A stretch of 64,000 nt of DNA from an uncultured cyanobacterium (GCA_963793265.1 CAWBZI010000007.1:224001-288000), one strand, 5' to 3'; shown: positions 17,939-31,466, numbered from the stretch's first letter. Program-made: numbers and translations. The notes: generated from the letters alone by a model not told the origin.

Positions 17939-19642
17939 ATGACGGCTGATAAAACGATTTTAATTTTGGCGGCGAATCCTTCGGATACGACTCGGCTACG
18001 GCTTCCAAAGGAGGTACGCGAGATTCAGGAAGGATTGGCGCTTTCATCAGGGCGCGATCGCTTCTCGGTTGTCTCCCAATGGGCCGTACGCCCAGACGAT
18101 TTACGCCGCGCCCTACTTAAGTATCAGCCCCAAATCGTCCACTTCTCAGGCCATGGCGAAGGCGCTCAAGGGCTCGTATTTGAAAACGATAGAGATAAGT
18201 CTAAACGGGTCAGCGGAGCTGCGTTAGCCCGGCTGTTTGGGCTGTGTCCTAGTGTGGAGTGTGTGCTGCTAAATGCCTGCTATTCGAGCGTACAGGCCGA
18301 GGCGATTGGTGAGCATGTGCAGTATGTAGTGGGCATGACGCAGGATATTGGCGATCGCGCTGCGATTAACTTTGCCGTTGGCTTCTACGATGCCTTGGGC
18401 TACGGACGCTCAGTACCCGATGCTTATAAGTTTGGACTGGCTGCTATTGACCTAGAAGGCATTGACGAGACGGCGACGCCGGTTTTGCAGGTGAAAGATC
18501 AGCCGGTGGAGAACTTGCGTGTTGAAGCGCAACCTCCTGAACTTCGACCAGTGGCAGATTCGACGCCTGCAAATAACGGCACAGATGACACGGACGAGAC
18601 ACCGCCGATTCAGACTCAATCACTTCAGATCGAGGAGCCGGGGGGACTGGTGCCTTTGCAGTCGCTGTTCTATGTGGAGCGATCGCCTATCGAAAAAGAC
18701 TGCTACGAGGCCGTTGTGCGTCAGGGCTCTCTCATTCGGATCAAAGCGCCTCGGCAGATGGGCAAAACGTCTTTGCTGGTAAGAACGCTTGACCACGCCA
18801 AAGCGCAGGGCTACGAAACGGTCAGGTTGAGCTTTCAAACCGCAGACACCGAAGCGCTCAACCACCTCGACGAGTTTTTGCAGTGGTTTTGCGCCAGCGT
18901 GACTGAAGAGTTGGATATGGAAGATCGCCTAGCTGACTACTGGAAAGGCGCTCGGGGAATTGTCAGGCGGGCGCAGCGATATTTTGAAAAGTACGTTTTA
19001 GCTGAGTTAGATAAGCCGCTGGTGTTAGGCCTTGATGATGTTGATCAGGCATTTGAGCATCCTGCGATCGCCACCGACTTCTTCGGCATGTTGCGCGTAT
19101 GGCACGAAGAAGGCAAAAGCAGCCCCTTATGGCGCAGGCTGCATCTGGTCATCGTGCACTCTAAAGAGGTCTACATTCCCCTCAGCATCAATCGTTCTCC
19201 TTTTAACGTGGGCTTGCCAATTGAGCTACGAGAGCTGAACGCCGAAGAAGTCGCCGCCCTGATAGATCGCCACCGTTTAACCCTCACCGAGCATCAACAA
19301 GAACAGCTAGTAGAGCTAGTCGGCGGTCATCCCTATCTACTTCGCGCTGCCCTCTACCAGCTCGCCAGAGGCCGACTTACCCTTTCTAAGCTCATGGCCC
19401 AAGCCCCCACCGAAAGCGGCCTATATAGCGATCACCTACGCCGACATCTGTTGAACTTAGAGGCCGATCATGATCTAGTAGAAGCTTTTCGAGAAGTGAT
19501 CGGCGTGTATAGCCCAGTGCGAATTGGGTCTACCGCTGCGTTTAAGCTACATAGCATGGGACTGGTAAAGTATCAGGGTAATGAGGTGGTGCCTTTGTGC
19601 GAACTTTACCGGCAATATTTTCAATCTCGGTTAGGAGGATAG
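17939..19642 (+). CDS. CHAT protease domain fused to AAA_35-type (STAND-like) ATPase
   Basis: ILILAANP, VHFSGHG (His), LLNACYS (Cys); then YVERS, Walker A APRQMGKTS, Walker B LGLDDVD, SPFNVG and GGHPYL. Confidence 0.88.
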   Translation: MTADKTILILAANPSDTTRLRLPKEVREIQEGLALSSGRDRFSVVSQWAVRPDDLRRALLKYQPQIVHFSGHGEGAQGLVFENDRDKSKRVSGAALARLFGLCPSVECVLLNACYSSVQAEAIGEHVQYVVGMTQDIGDRAAINFAVGFYDALGYGRSVPDAYKFGLAAIDLEGIDETATPVLQVKDQPVENLRVEAQPPELRPVADSTPANNGTDDTDETPPIQTQSLQIEEPGGLVPLQSLFYVERSPIEKDCYEAVVRQGSLIRIKAPRQMGKTSLLVRTLDHAKAQGYETVRLSFQTADTEALNHLDEFLQWFCASVTEELDMEDRLADYWKGARGIVRRAQRYFEKYVLAELDKPLVLGLDDVDQAFEHPAIATDFFGMLRVWHEEGKSSPLWRRLHLVIVHSKEVYIPLSINRSPFNVGLPIELRELNAEEVAALIDRHRLTLTEHQQEQLVELVGGHPYLLRAALYQLARGRLTLSKLMAQAPTESGLYSDHLRRHLLNLEADHDLVEAFREVIGVYSPVRIGSTAAFKLHSMGLVKYQGNEVVPLCELYRQYFQSRLGG

Positions 19643-19646
19643 ATCT

Positions 19647-20345
19647 ATGGTGCAACAGCTATTGTCCGATAGCCAATCCGATAGTCCGCTTGACGATTTC
19701 GATCAGTACCCTGACACCGATGGGCAACTGATGGCAGACAATACAAAACAGTTTCGTTGGATTGTCATTATCAAGGAGAATTTAGAGCGATTGTTTGCGG
19801 CTGAAGCAGACGTTTTTGTGGCCGGAGACTTGCTGTGGTATCCGGTTGAGGGTGAGCCCAAACGCAGACAAGCGCCAGACGTGATGGTTGTTTTTGGCCG
19901 ACCTAAAGGCGATAGAGGATCTTACCGGCAGTGGATAGAAGCCGATATTGCTCCCCAAGTTGTATTCGAGATATTATCGCCAGGCAATCGCTCTGGAGAA
20001 ATGCTGCGGAAGCTCAACTTCTACCAACGCTACGGCGTAGACGAGTATTACATTTACGATCCAGACGGTAATGAGCTGACTGGATTTCAGCGCTCAGGCA
20101 AATCGCTTCAGCTTATCAGTGAAATGAATGATTGGGTTAGCCCGAGGTTGAATATCCGTTTTCAATTAGGAGAGTTAGCCTTAGAGATTTATCGCCCCGA
20201 TGGTGAGAAGTTCTTGACTTCTGTAGAACTAGGCGATCAGCTTAGGATTGAACGACAGCAGAGACAGCAAGGCCAGCAACGAATTCAATCTTTAGAGGCT
20301 AAGCTGCGCGAGCTAGGCGTGAATCCAGAAGACTTAGCGGAATAG
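19647..20345 (+). CDS. Uma2 family endonuclease-like protein with coiled-coil tail
   Basis: YPDTDGQLMADNT, GDLLWYP, APDVMVVFGR, VFEILSPGN and YGVDEYYIYDP. Confidence 0.92.
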   Translation: MVQQLLSDSQSDSPLDDFDQYPDTDGQLMADNTKQFRWIVIIKENLERLFAAEADVFVAGDLLWYPVEGEPKRRQAPDVMVVFGRPKGDRGSYRQWIEADIAPQVVFEILSPGNRSGEMLRKLNFYQRYGVDEYYIYDPDGNELTGFQRSGKSLQLISEMNDWVSPRLNIRFQLGELALEIYRPDGEKFLTSVELGDQLRIERQQRQQGQQRIQSLEAKLRELGVNPEDLAE

Positions 20346-20348
20346 GTG

Positions 20349-23039
20349 ATGGCCGAATATCGCTACCAAGTAGGCGGAAGTCTGCCCGCCGATGCTCAAA
20401 CGTATGTGGCAAGGGCCGCTGATACGGCGTTCTATGAGGCGCTAAAGGCCGGGGAGTATTGCTATGTGCTTAACTCGCGGCAGATGGGTAAATCTAGCCT
20501 GCGGGTGCGGGTGGCGCAGCGGCTTCAGGCAGAAGCGGTGGTTTGTGCGTCGTTGGATATTAGCGGGTTAGGGACGACAGCGATCGCGCCCGAAGAATGG
20601 TACTTTGGCATCATCGACAGCCTAGCCGACCGGCTAAATCTAACCCTCGATATAGATGACTGGTGGGAGGAGAACAACAAACTCTCAGCTACTCGACGAT
20701 TAGGGAAGTTCTTAAGCGACGTACTCCTAACAGCCATCGCTCAGCCTATTGTTATCTTCTTAGATGAAATCGACAGCATCCTTAGCATAGACTTTGATAC
20801 AGACGACTTTTTCGCCGTCATTCGAGAGTGCTACAACAACAGAGCTGAAGATCCTACATTCAATCGGCTGACGTTTGCCCTAATTGGGGTAGCTACGCCT
20901 ACAGAGCTAATTCAAGATAAACAAAAGACACCCTTTAACATCGGCCAGGCCATTCAATTACCAGGCTTTAAGCTAGAAGAAGCTTCGCCTTTACTACCCG
21001 GATTAGCTCAGCAGGTAGATGATCCAGAGGCCATACTGCAAGAGATTTTGCACTGGACGGGCGGACAGCCATTTTTAACCCAAAAGGTTTGTCAGCTTGT
21101 AGCGCAAGAAGCAAATCGGCAGCAAAGAAGATCTGTTGAAGTATCACCCTCACCACAGAAGCTGGTGGAATATGTGGTGCGGACTCACGTCATTGATAAT
21201 TGGGAAATGCAGGATGAGCCGCCGCACTTGAAGACAATACGCGATCGCCTCCGCAGCAATCCCAACGTGGGTCAACTCTTAGAGCTATACCAAACCGCAC
21301 TCATCCGAGGCCGCGTGGTCCAAGACAAAAGCCCACAGCAGGTAGAACTGCGGCTATCGGGCTTAGTGGTAGAACGCTTGGGCACCTTGCAGGTTTACAA
21401 TCCGGTTTATCGAGCCGTTTTCAACGCAGAATGGATTCGCGACACCCTCACAAGCATCCGTCCTTACGGCAGACAGATAGAAGAGTGGGTGAGTCACGAG
21501 CGGCACGACAGATTTTTACTAGAAGGAATGACGCTCGAACGGGCTCTAGATTGGGCTGAGAGCCGCAACCTGAGCAAGTTAGACTATCAGTTTTTAGTAG
21601 AAAGTCAGAAGCTCGGGCTGCGTAACGATTTGATTGCGACGCAGGAAACGGTCGTACGCACAAGTAAACAACTCTCTGATAAAAATAGAGCGCTTAGCGC
21701 TGTCAATACGGATCTAGATAGTGCTCGTATAGCCCTAACGAAAGTACGCCGCCGTACGAGAGTGGCTAATATATTGGGCCTCGGGTTATTAGGTTTGGTT
21801 GGAGTAGGAACGGCTTTGGTAGGACAGTACGCAGGCGAACAAACGCGGGCGGCTGAACTGGCGAGCCAGGAAACGGCTGAGGCTGAAGACAAACTGGTAG
21901 TGGCTTCTAAAGACGTTGAAGATCTGCAATCTGAAAGAGAGAGCTTAAACGCCGCTCGCGTTGAGCTTGAGCAAAACAACCAGACTCTAGAAAACAACAA
22001 TCAAGGGCTTCTTTTAGAAAACAAACAAATCTCTCAACAGGTGAGCGCAGCGCTATCGGCTCAACAGTCCGCGCGTAATGCAGCGGCAAGCGCTCAGAAT
22101 GCGGCGGCTCAGGCGAAGGAAGAAGCGGCTGTGATTGAGGCTGAAGCCGCTAGTGCTAAGCAGGAAGCAGATCGGGTAAAGGCTGAAGCAGCAGCGGCGC
22201 AGGCTGAGGCGGCTGATGTACAGGCGGCGCTGGCGGGGGTAAATACGAGTCTGAAGGAAAAGAACAGTGAGCTAAATCAACTGCTAGCTGAAACAACTGC
22301 GCTTCAGCAGGAGCAAGCGGCCTTAAATGAAAGTAACGCGCGGCTCAGGGCTTTGGGCGAAGACTTAGGCAGACGGTTTCGAGATGCGGGCATTGTTCAG
22401 CGATTTCGCAGCGTCACCGAGAGCGATGCGTCTCAAGATTCTTTGACTATGTTGGAAGATAGATTAGAGATAGCGATAGAAACCAGTGATAAAAGAGAAG
22501 AGGGATATATTTATAGCAATATAGGTGATGTGTATCGAAATTTAGGAGATAATGACCGAGCGCTGGAATACTACGAAAGGCATTTAGCGATCGCACAGCA
22601 AACTCAAGACCGCTACCGAGAAGGGCAACTGTTTGGCCAGATTGGTGAAGTGCTCTACAGCCAAAACGAGTATGCAAAAGCGCTAGAGCGACACCAGCAA
22701 CATCTAGACATTGCCCTTGAAACGCGAGACAAATGGGGCGAAAGTCAGGCATTGACTAATTTAGGCCGAGCTGAGGTGGCTTTAGAGAAACCCGACGACG
22801 CGATTGAGTATTATGAACAAAGTATAGACCTGGCTCAATCGATCCAAGATAGCTCAGGGGAAGGTGAAATACTTGGCTATATAGGCGATGCGTATGCTGT
22901 TAAAAGAGAATTTGAGGCGGCGATTGAGTATTATCAGCGCGGGTTGGAGATTGCAAGGGAAGTGGGCGATCGCACCAGAGAAGCCGAACTGCTTGAGAAA
23001 ATAGCGGCAGCGCGACAGCAGCTTATAAGGCAAATATAG
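20349..23039 (+). CDS. AAA_35-type ATPase + transmembrane helix + coiled coil + TPR repeats
   Basis: YQVGGSL, Walker A SRQMGKSS, Walker [27 protein letters not shown] segment [17 protein letters not shown]; heptad region; about four C-terminal TPRs. Start is GTG 20346 or ATG 20349. Confidence 0.88.
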   Translation: MAEYRYQVGGSLPADAQTYVARAADTAFYEALKAGEYCYVLNSRQMGKSSLRVRVAQRLQAEAVVCASLDISGLGTTAIAPEEWYFGIIDSLADRLNLTLDIDDWWEENNKLSATRRLGKFLSDVLLTAIAQPIVIFLDEIDSILSIDFDTDDFFAVIRECYNNRAEDPTFNRLTFALIGVATPTELIQDKQKTPFNIGQAIQLPGFKLEEASPLLPGLAQQVDDPEAILQEILHWTGGQPFLTQKVCQLVAQEANRQQRRSVEVSPSPQKLVEYVVRTHVIDNWEMQDEPPHLKTIRDRLRSNPNVGQLLELYQTALIRGRVVQDKSPQQVELRLSGLVVERLGTLQVYNPVYRAVFNAEWIRDTLTSIRPYGRQIEEWVSHERHDRFLLEGMTLERALDWAESRNLSKLDYQFLVESQKLGLRNDLIATQETVVRTSKQLSDKNRALSAVNTDLDSARIALTKVRRRTRVANILGLGLLGLVGVGTALVGQYAGEQTRAAELASQETAEAEDKLVVASKDVEDLQSERESLNAARVELEQNNQTLENNNQGLLLENKQISQQVSAALSAQQSARNAAASAQNAAAQAKEEAAVIEAEAASAKQEADRVKAEAAAAQAEAADVQAALAGVNTSLKEKNSELNQLLAETTALQQEQAALNESNARLRALGEDLGRRFRDAGIVQRFRSVTESDASQDSLTMLEDRLEIAIETSDKREEGYIYSNIGDVYRNLGDNDRALEYYERHLAIAQQTQDRYREGQLFGQIGEVLYSQNEYAKALERHQQHLDIALETRDKWGESQALTNLGRAEVALEKPDDAIEYYEQSIDLAQSIQDSSGEGEILGYIGDAYAVKREFEAAIEYYQRGLEIAREVGDRTREAELLEKIAAARQQLIRQI

Positions 23040-23122
23040 CAATACTCTCATTTAGATTTAACAAAAAGACTGCTTAATTTCTATGAGATGCAAGCATCTC
23101 TGAACAACGTTTAAAATCTTTG

Positions 23123-23148
23123 CCAGTCTATTAATCCAGTCTATTAAT
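23123..23148 (+). repeat. Perfect 13-bp tandem duplication upstream of katG
   Basis: ccagtctattaat occurs twice in tandem. Confidence 0.8.
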
Positions 23149-23254
23149 TAAGTGTTGTGAAACAATGGCAGCATTAGCGTACAAAATCGATTTGGCTTAA
23201 CTAAAATTGCAGTTAAGCAAACTCGTAATGAGTATGGGTAAGCGATATACTTAA

Positions 23255-25528
<2,274 letters not shown>

Positions 25529-25544
25529 CTCCTGAATGCTCGGA

Positions 25545-25568
25545 GGGCGTAAAGCCTTACGCCCCTAC
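25545..25568 (-). repeat. GTAG-type REP-like palindrome
   Basis: gggcgtaaagccttacgcccctac, 16 nt after the katG stop; identical to the 9616 copy in reverse orientation. Confidence 0.85.
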
Positions 25569-25701
25569 AAAGGGTACGGCTCTTAATTGGGGGGTACGAT
25601 TCGGACTTGGTATAACAAGGTCAGCATTATCTATGTTCTAGTAAAACCGAGATGGGCAAAGAACACTTCTTTTCCCTATCTCGGTTTTATGGTGGCTTCG
25701 C

Positions 25702-26721
25702 CTACTCACCGCAACCATCCGTACACAGCCCATCAGCGTCAAACGCCAGCGTTCTGCCGCTCAGTGGCACATACACGCTAGTGTCTGTTGCTTCAATAAA
25801 AGCAGCCGTTTTAGTATCTAGCTGAACTTCACCATTCACCGTCGCAGCTTCATTCGCGTGAGAAGCGATTACCGCAGCCGGTTGAATCAGCTCATTGATA
25901 ACGTACGCTGCTTCTGTCGGCCCAGTGGTAAACGTATCGCCAATATTCATCACAACAAGTTCAGCACCGTATTGACCAGCGACTACAGTTTGTTGTTCAG
26001 CCGTCACGCCCGTATCGCCTGATAGGTAAACGACCAAACCGTTGGAGAAAGTAATGACATATCCTGTCGGTGGCCCCACGTAAGCGCTCAGCCCCGCAGC
26101 AGATAGGCTCTCACCCAACTCGCCTTCAATAAAGTCACCGCTCAATCCGTTGGAATGCACGGCTGGAACCGTTGTAAAGCTCACGCCTTCAATATTACGA
26201 GAAGCTCCAAAGCGCACGAGCTGAACACTGCTAGCATCGCCGCCTAAGCCCTCAACTTTGTTCGCCAAAAAGCTAGACATTTCGCTGCCTACAACAATGT
26301 TTGCCGCTTTCCCCACGGCAATTTCAACACTGTTGGAGTTAGGAACTGTGCTGATGTCCGTTTGGGGCTGTGCGCAGGTGCCTTCATTGGGGGTTTCGAT
26401 CCTGCGATCGCCCAAATGATCCCCATGCACATGACTCACCAAAACAACATCAATATCACCTAGCCTCGGATCGTCAGCGCCCGCAACCGTTCTCCCCGCG
26501 TCGTAAAGAATCCGCAGCCCGCCAGGATCTTCAAACACCATCGCCCGATCCAGCGCGCAAAACTCACCATCGTGACTGCCAAGCGGCGTTACTTTTACGC
26601 CGTTGGTCAGATCTGCTACAGGCTGCGCGCTGCTCGGAAAATTTGATACGCAAAGGACAAGAACAGAAAGTGACAGAACTAGAAACCATTTGCGTAATGC
26701 CATTGTGAGCGTTGTTTCCAT
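25702..26721 (-). CDS. Secreted metallo-beta-lactamase-fold hydrolase
   Basis: Signal peptide, HxHxDH motif (SHVHGDH), AVHSNG, YLSGDTG and SHAN. Confidence 0.85.
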   Translation of the reverse strand: METTLTMALRKWFLVLSLSVLVLCVSNFPSSAQPVADLTNGVKVTPLGSHDGEFCALDRAMVFEDPGGLRILYDAGRTVAGADDPRLGDIDVVLVSHVHGDHLGDRRIETPNEGTCAQPQTDISTVPNSNSVEIAVGKAANIVVGSEMSSFLANKVEGLGGDASSVQLVRFGASRNIEGVSFTTVPAVHSNGLSGDFIEGELGESLSAAGLSAYVGPPTGYVITFSNGLVVYLSGDTGVTAEQQTVVAGQYGAELVVMNIGDTFTTGPTEAAYVINELIQPAAVIASHANEAATVNGEVQLDTKTAAFIEATDTSVYVPLSGRTLAFDADGLCTDGCGE

Positions 26722-26763
26722 TGAGATAGTTTTTTGATTGTACAGCGCTGAAAAGAACCAGTA

Positions 26764-29700
26764 CTATACAGCTTTGGGAAGATCTTGCTGGCGGCTGTCT
26801 GTAGCGTGAAATAGCGTGTAAAAACAAGGAATTACAAACAGCGTCAACAGCGTTGCTAGAGAAAGACCAGAGAACACAACCACGCCTAGCGGCTGTAAGA
26901 ATTCTGAACCTTCACCAATCCCTAGCGCTAACGGAAACATGCCAAGAACGGTTGTGATAGTGGTCATTAAAATAGGTCGCAGGCGCTGGGGTGCGGCTTT
27001 GAGAATAGCCAAGATGCGACTACAGCGCTCTTGTGCGTAAATTTGGTTGGCCAGCTCTACTAGAATAATGGCGTTGTTAACAACAATGCCGACCAGCAGC
27101 ACCGCGCCTACAATCACCGTTGCACCAATCGCCGTTTGGGTAATGAATAACCCTAAAATGCCGCCCGCTAAAGCCAGCGGCACCGTTAGCATAATCACCA
27201 GCGGATCGATCAGCGAGTTGTACTGTACGGCCATGACGGTAAAGACCAAAAAGGCCGCGAGCCCGCCTAAAATGCCGATGCCGTCTGAAATCGCGGCGTT
27301 GCTTTGGGCGCTAAAGCTCGGCAGGCGAGTGATGCCATCGGGCAGATCCAAAGACGAAAATATCCGATCGGCTTCTTCTAATGCTTCGCCCAAGCTGGCA
27401 CCGTCGCTGAGCCTACCTTCAATGATAAAAACCTGCCGCTGACTAATGCGCTGAATCTCGCCGGGAGCCTGACCGTTTTCGATACTAGCGACATCGCCAA
27501 GGCGCACGGGCTGACCGCCGCTGTTGGTGAGTAGGGGCAGTTGCGCTAGCTCAGATGGGTTTTGGACGAGCGCTTGAGGGGTTTGAATGCGTACGTCTAC
27601 CAGGCGATCGCCTCTTTGAAGCTGCGTCGGTACCGCCCCCGAAAGTACCGTCTGCACCGTCCGGCCAATATCTTCTGCCGAAAGCCCCAAATCAGCCGCA
27701 CGTTCCCAGTTGGGCCGAATCTGAATTTCTGGCTGCGGCGGATCGGCATCGGGCGAGTATGCTGCCAGCGTAGCCTGTTCTTCTAGCGCTTCTACGACGA
27801 GCGCACCGGCTGCTTCCAGTGTGTCTGTATTAGACCCTTGCAAAATAACGTCAATATCGCCGCGCACCGGAGAGTTGTTCAAAATCAGGCCGCGCACGCT
27901 GCCGGGAGATACGCGCAGCCGGGTATTGACGAGGTTGAACTGATTGAACTGTTCGGACATGCGATCGCTAAAAGCCGTTACGTCGGTTCCCGGCACCAGC
28001 GTTAGCGTACTAGACCCTCGCAGCGCATTTTCGCTGGTGCTACCGCCGAAGAGAAACCCACCCGACGTACTAAACGCATACTCTACTTCAGGCTGAGCTA
28101 TCAGCAGTTCGTCCACTGCGCTCATGACCCGACGATTCTCCTCTACGGTGGTGCCCGGCGGCAACTGCACCCGTACATCTGCCTGGCCCGTAGCAATGCT
28201 TGGCAAAATCTCTTGAGGAATGCGGCTCACCATGAGAACGCTGCTGCCGCCGAATAAAAGGAAGGCGATCGCGACCACCAAAATCCGTCGCCTCAGCACC
28301 CACCTCAACAGCCTCGCATACTGCCTGGTCAATCCTTGCAACCGCGCATCAAACCCACGAATCACCCAGAGCTTACTCACCCCGCTAGACCTTTTCACAG
28401 CAAGCAGCCGAGAAGTCAGCGCAGGCACCACCGTCAGCGCCACCACCAGCGAAGCCCCCACCGCAAAACTCACCGTTAGCACCAGTTCATTAAACAGCAG
28501 TGCAATAAACCCACCAATCAACAAAAACGGCAGCACCGCAACCAAGTTTGTTGTCGTAGACGCAAATAGCGCAGATTCCAACTCTCGGCTGCTCACTTCA
28601 GCCTGACGAACTACGTGCTTTCTGTCCGACTGACTATTCTCCTTTACCCCTTTCACGATGTTTTCTAGCATCACAATGGCATTATCTACCACAATGCCAA
28701 CGCCCAGGGCCAGCCCGCCAAGGCTAAATACATTTAGCGAGAGCCCAAACATGCCCATCAGCAAAATTGCAACGAGCGTAGCCAAAGGAATTGCCACGAC
28801 AATAATAAATGTCTGCCGCAGCGAGCCTAAAAACAACAGAACAGCGACCCCAGCAAGCCCAGCGCCCGTAATGCCAGAAATAGCAACATTGCGAATGGAA
28901 TTGCGAATAAAAATAGACTCGTCCAGCGTGGCATTAAGAACCAGATCTTCTGGAATTAATCCAGATGCCCTCAGGTCTTCTAGCCGCTGTCTTACGCCTT
29001 CAACCACCGCAATTGTGTTCGCCGCGGGCTGCTTTTGAATGCTCAACTTCACCGCAGGCTCACCGTTAAGATTCACAAAAACGCGCTGTTCTTCAGTCCC
29101 GTCTATCACCTCAGCAAAGTCCCGCAGGTATACCTGTTGCACAGAGCCCGCTTCACCGACTTCAAAGATTAAGTTACGAATCTCATCTGCCTGCTGAAAA
29201 CGTCCGGCCACACGGGTTAGCGGCTCGCCATCCATTCCCTGAATGCGTCCGCCTGACGTATCCTGATTACGTTCTGAAAGTGCATCCAACACATCTGTCA
29301 GGCCCAAACCCAATGCCTGCAATCGCGCCGGATCTAAGTTGATGCGAATCTCTTCTTGAGCGCCCCCCGAAATATCCGCGCTGGCTACACCAGGTACGGT
29401 AATCAGCTCTCGGGCCAGCTCTTGCTCAGCAAACACTCTCAAGTCTACCCCTTGTAGCGACGGCGAAGTCAGCGCTGTCTCATATACCGGCAGTTGCGAC
29501 GGGTCGAACTTGAACAAACGAGGCTGCCCGACCGTATCTGGGAGGCTATCGCGAGAACGATTGAGCGTGGCAGTTGCATCATTTAGTGCCTGGTCAATAT
29601 CGCCGCCTGGTTGAAAATACAGGTCGAGACTAATACGGCCTTCTCGGGTTTGAGACACTACCTGAACGACCCCTTCGGTTGCAGACAGCGCTTCTTCTAG

Positions 29701-29970
29701 CGGGCGGGTGATCTCATCGACTGCGACTTCTGGTGATACCCCTGGCGCATCTGCTCTGACGCCAATGCGCGGATAGGTAATAGAGGGCAGCAGATCGACG
29801 GGAAGCTGCTGAACAAAGAAAAGACCTAACACAATCACCGCAATCGTCAGTACCAGCGTGGCAATGTGCCGCCGAATGGCCAGGGTGCTAAGGCTGAGAT
29901 TGCTGGAAGGGGAGCCGAGGTTTGGGGTAGGATCAGTCTCTAAACCTGATGAAGCAGTGGAACGTGTCAT
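26764..29970 (-). CDS. RND efflux permease (AcrB/AcrD/AcrF family), full length
   Basis: 1068 aa; LPVDLLPSITYP, VGIVVDNAIVMLEN, RLRPILMTTITT; two periplasmic loops that include docking subdomains. Confidence 0.95.
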   Translation of the reverse strand: MTRSTASSGLETDPTPNLGSPSSNLSLSTLAIRRHIATLVLTIAVIVLGLFFVQQLPVDLLPSITYPRIGVRADAPGVSPEVAVDEITRPLEEALSATEGVVQVVSQTREGRISLDLYFQPGGDIDQALNDATATLNRSRDSLPDTVGQPRLFKFDPSQLPVYETALTSPSLQGVDLRVFAEQELARELITVPGVASADISGGAQEEIRINLDPARLQALGLGLTDVLDALSERNQDTSGGRIQGMDGEPLTRVAGRFQQADEIRNLIFEVGEAGSVQQVYLRDFAEVIDGTEEQRVFVNLNGEPAVKLSIQKQPAANTIAVVEGVRQRLEDLRASGLIPEDLVLNATLDESIFIRNSIRNVAISGITGAGLAGVAVLLFLGSLRQTFIIVVAIPLATLVAILLMGMFGLSLNVFSLGGLALGVGIVVDNAIVMLENIVKGVKENSQSDRKHVVRQAEVSSRELESALFASTTTNLVAVLPFLLIGGFIALLFNELVLTVSFAVGASLVVALTVVPALTSRLLAVKRSSGVSKLWVIRGFDARLQGLTRQYARLLRWVLRRRILVVAIAFLLFGGSSVLMVSRIPQEILPSIATGQADVRVQLPPGTTVEENRRVMSAVDELLIAQPEVEYAFSTSGGFLFGGSTSENALRGSSTLTLVPGTDVTAFSDRMSEQFNQFNLVNTRLRVSPGSVRGLILNNSPVRGDIDVILQGSNTDTLEAAGALVVEALEEQATLAAYSPDADPPQPEIQIRPNWERAADLGLSAEDIGRTVQTVLSGAVPTQLQRGDRLVDVRIQTPQALVQNPSELAQLPLLTNSGGQPVRLGDVASIENGQAPGEIQRISQRQVFIIEGRLSDGASLGEALEEADRIFSSLDLPDGITRLPSFSAQSNAAISDGIGILGGLAAFLVFTVMAVQYNSLIDPLVIMLTVPLALAGGILGLFITQTAIGATVIVGAVLLVGIVVNNAIILVELANQIYAQERCSRILAILKAAPQRLRPILMTTITTVLGMFPLALGIGEGSEFLQPLGVVVFSGLSLATLLTLFVIPCFYTLFHATDSRQQDLPKAV

Positions 29971-30004
29971 TTGTTTTTAGTCCTGCTTTTGTTTTCTCAG
30001 TGCA

Positions 30005-31273
30005 TCATTCAGATAAAATACTCAGCCGCACCGCCTGCCCAGAAGTCAGGGGCCGATCGCTCTCAACGATAAAAGACTCTCCCGGACTCAGGCCCGACAC
30101 AATCTCCACGCTCTCCTGACTTTGTTCCCCTGTTCTTACCGAACGCGCGATCGCCTTTGCCTGCTCATCCTCACCCTCTACCACAAACACCGTATTACTC
30201 TCTTCTCCAACCGCCAGCGCACTCGCAGGCACCACCACGCCAGGCTGCTGCCTTGAAGAGAACTGCACCCTAGCCAGCAGTCCGCTACCAATCCGACCAT
30301 TTGAATTCGGCACGCTCACCTGCACCGGAATCAGCCGCGATGTCTCATCGGCAACTGGTGCAATTCGTTCAATCTGCCCTGTGGTCGAACCTTCACCGGG
30401 AAAAGCATCAAACTGTATCTGCGTGGGCTGACCTACGCTAAGCCGCGCAATATCTAGTTCAGAAACCTGTACGGTCACCTCTAAGCGGCTAAGGTCGCCT
30501 AGCTCAAGCACGGTCGCACCCGATTCAACAAAGTCACCCACGTCTACCTGCCGCGAAAGCACAACACCTGTGAGGGGCGATCGCAGATCCGCATAAGAGA
30601 GCTGCTTCTCCGTTTGCGCTAGCACCGCCCGCTGTGCGTCAATTCGATCCGCCGAAGAAGCAACGGCCTGCTGCTGCGCATTTACCTGAGCTTGAGCTGA
30701 GAGAATCGCCTGCCGCGCGTTAGTAACTGCCAGCTCTGCCGCTTCAGCCTCCTGCTGAGAAATCGCCCCCTGATTGGCCAGCGATCGCAACCTATCCGCG
30801 TCAATCTGAGCCTGATCAAACGTCGCCTGCGCCTGCACTACTGCCGACTGAGCATCGCTAATCGCTACTTCTGCCTGAGCCGTCTCAGCCCTTCTCGCAG
30901 AGAGTTCGGCCTGCGCTTCATTAAGGCTGGTCGTTTGCAAATCGCCGTCAAGCTGAGCGAGCAAATCACCACGGGCGATCGCATCACCCACATCTACAGC
31001 CAGAGTGGTCACTTCGCCAGACACTTGCGATCGCAACGTCACCTGTTGATTAGGCCGAGTAGTGCCTGTGTAGCTCAACAGCCCAGCAACCGAACCCGTT
31101 TCCGCTTGAGCGGTTTGTACAGCAATGGGGCCGTCAGACCCGTCCCTACCCCGCGCTCCTGATGTGGGCTGAGCCGAGCTAGAAGGAAAAAGGCCGCATC
31201 CTGCGATCGCTATTAGCGGCAGCAGTAAACTAACTTGAACAAACCCCTGTATAAAAGGCCCAATAATACGCAT
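30005..31273 (-). CDS. RND periplasmic adaptor (membrane fusion protein), lipoprotein
   Basis: Lipobox IAGC, lipoyl halves VSGEV...VGDAIARG and SPLTGVV...VGDFV, coiled coil, VSELDI. ATG at 31273 is the likely start. Confidence 0.92.
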   Translation of the reverse strand: MRIIGPFIQGFVQVSLLLPLIAIAGCGLFPSSSAQPTSGARGRDGSDGPIAVQTAQAETGSVAGLLSYTGTTRPNQQVTLRSQVSGEVTTLAVDVGDAIARGDLLAQLDGDLQTTSLNEAQAELSARRAETAQAEVAISDAQSAVVQAQATFDQAQIDADRLRSLANQGAISQQEAEAAELAVTNARQAILSAQAQVNAQQQAVASSADRIDAQRAVLAQTEKQLSYADLRSPLTGVVLSRQVDVGDFVESGATVLELGDLSRLEVTVQVSELDIARLSVGQPTQIQFDAFPGEGSTTGQIERIAPVADETSRLIPVQVSVPNSNGRIGSGLLARVQFSSRQQPGVVVPASALAVGEESNTVFVVEGEDEQAKAIARSVRTGEQSQESVEIVSGLSPGESFIVESDRPLTSGQAVRLSILSE

Positions 31274-31466
31274 ACGAAAATAGAAAGGGGTGACCGCTCG
31301 AACTCGCTCGATGTGAACGTTACAAGCATAATGTGAACCGACGTTCATTACAGTAGCGCCAAAACCGGACGAAAACTTGTGCCAAAAGTCATTATCTACC
31401 GCCGAAGTCCTGAGATAGTATTCTGTCGGCTGTAGTTTTCTCCTAGTTGTTTATCACACCTTTTTT

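Noticed and set aside
22040..22240. Repetitive gcggc/gctgaag-rich stretch
   Set aside because: Explained by Ala/Glu/Gln-rich coiled-coil coding, not an independent DNA repeat.
26764..31273. RND pump and adaptor as part of the hopanoid cluster
   Set aside because: An ordinary full-length pump with its own adaptor, separated from hpnH by an unrelated gene and REP elements; no evidence of a link.
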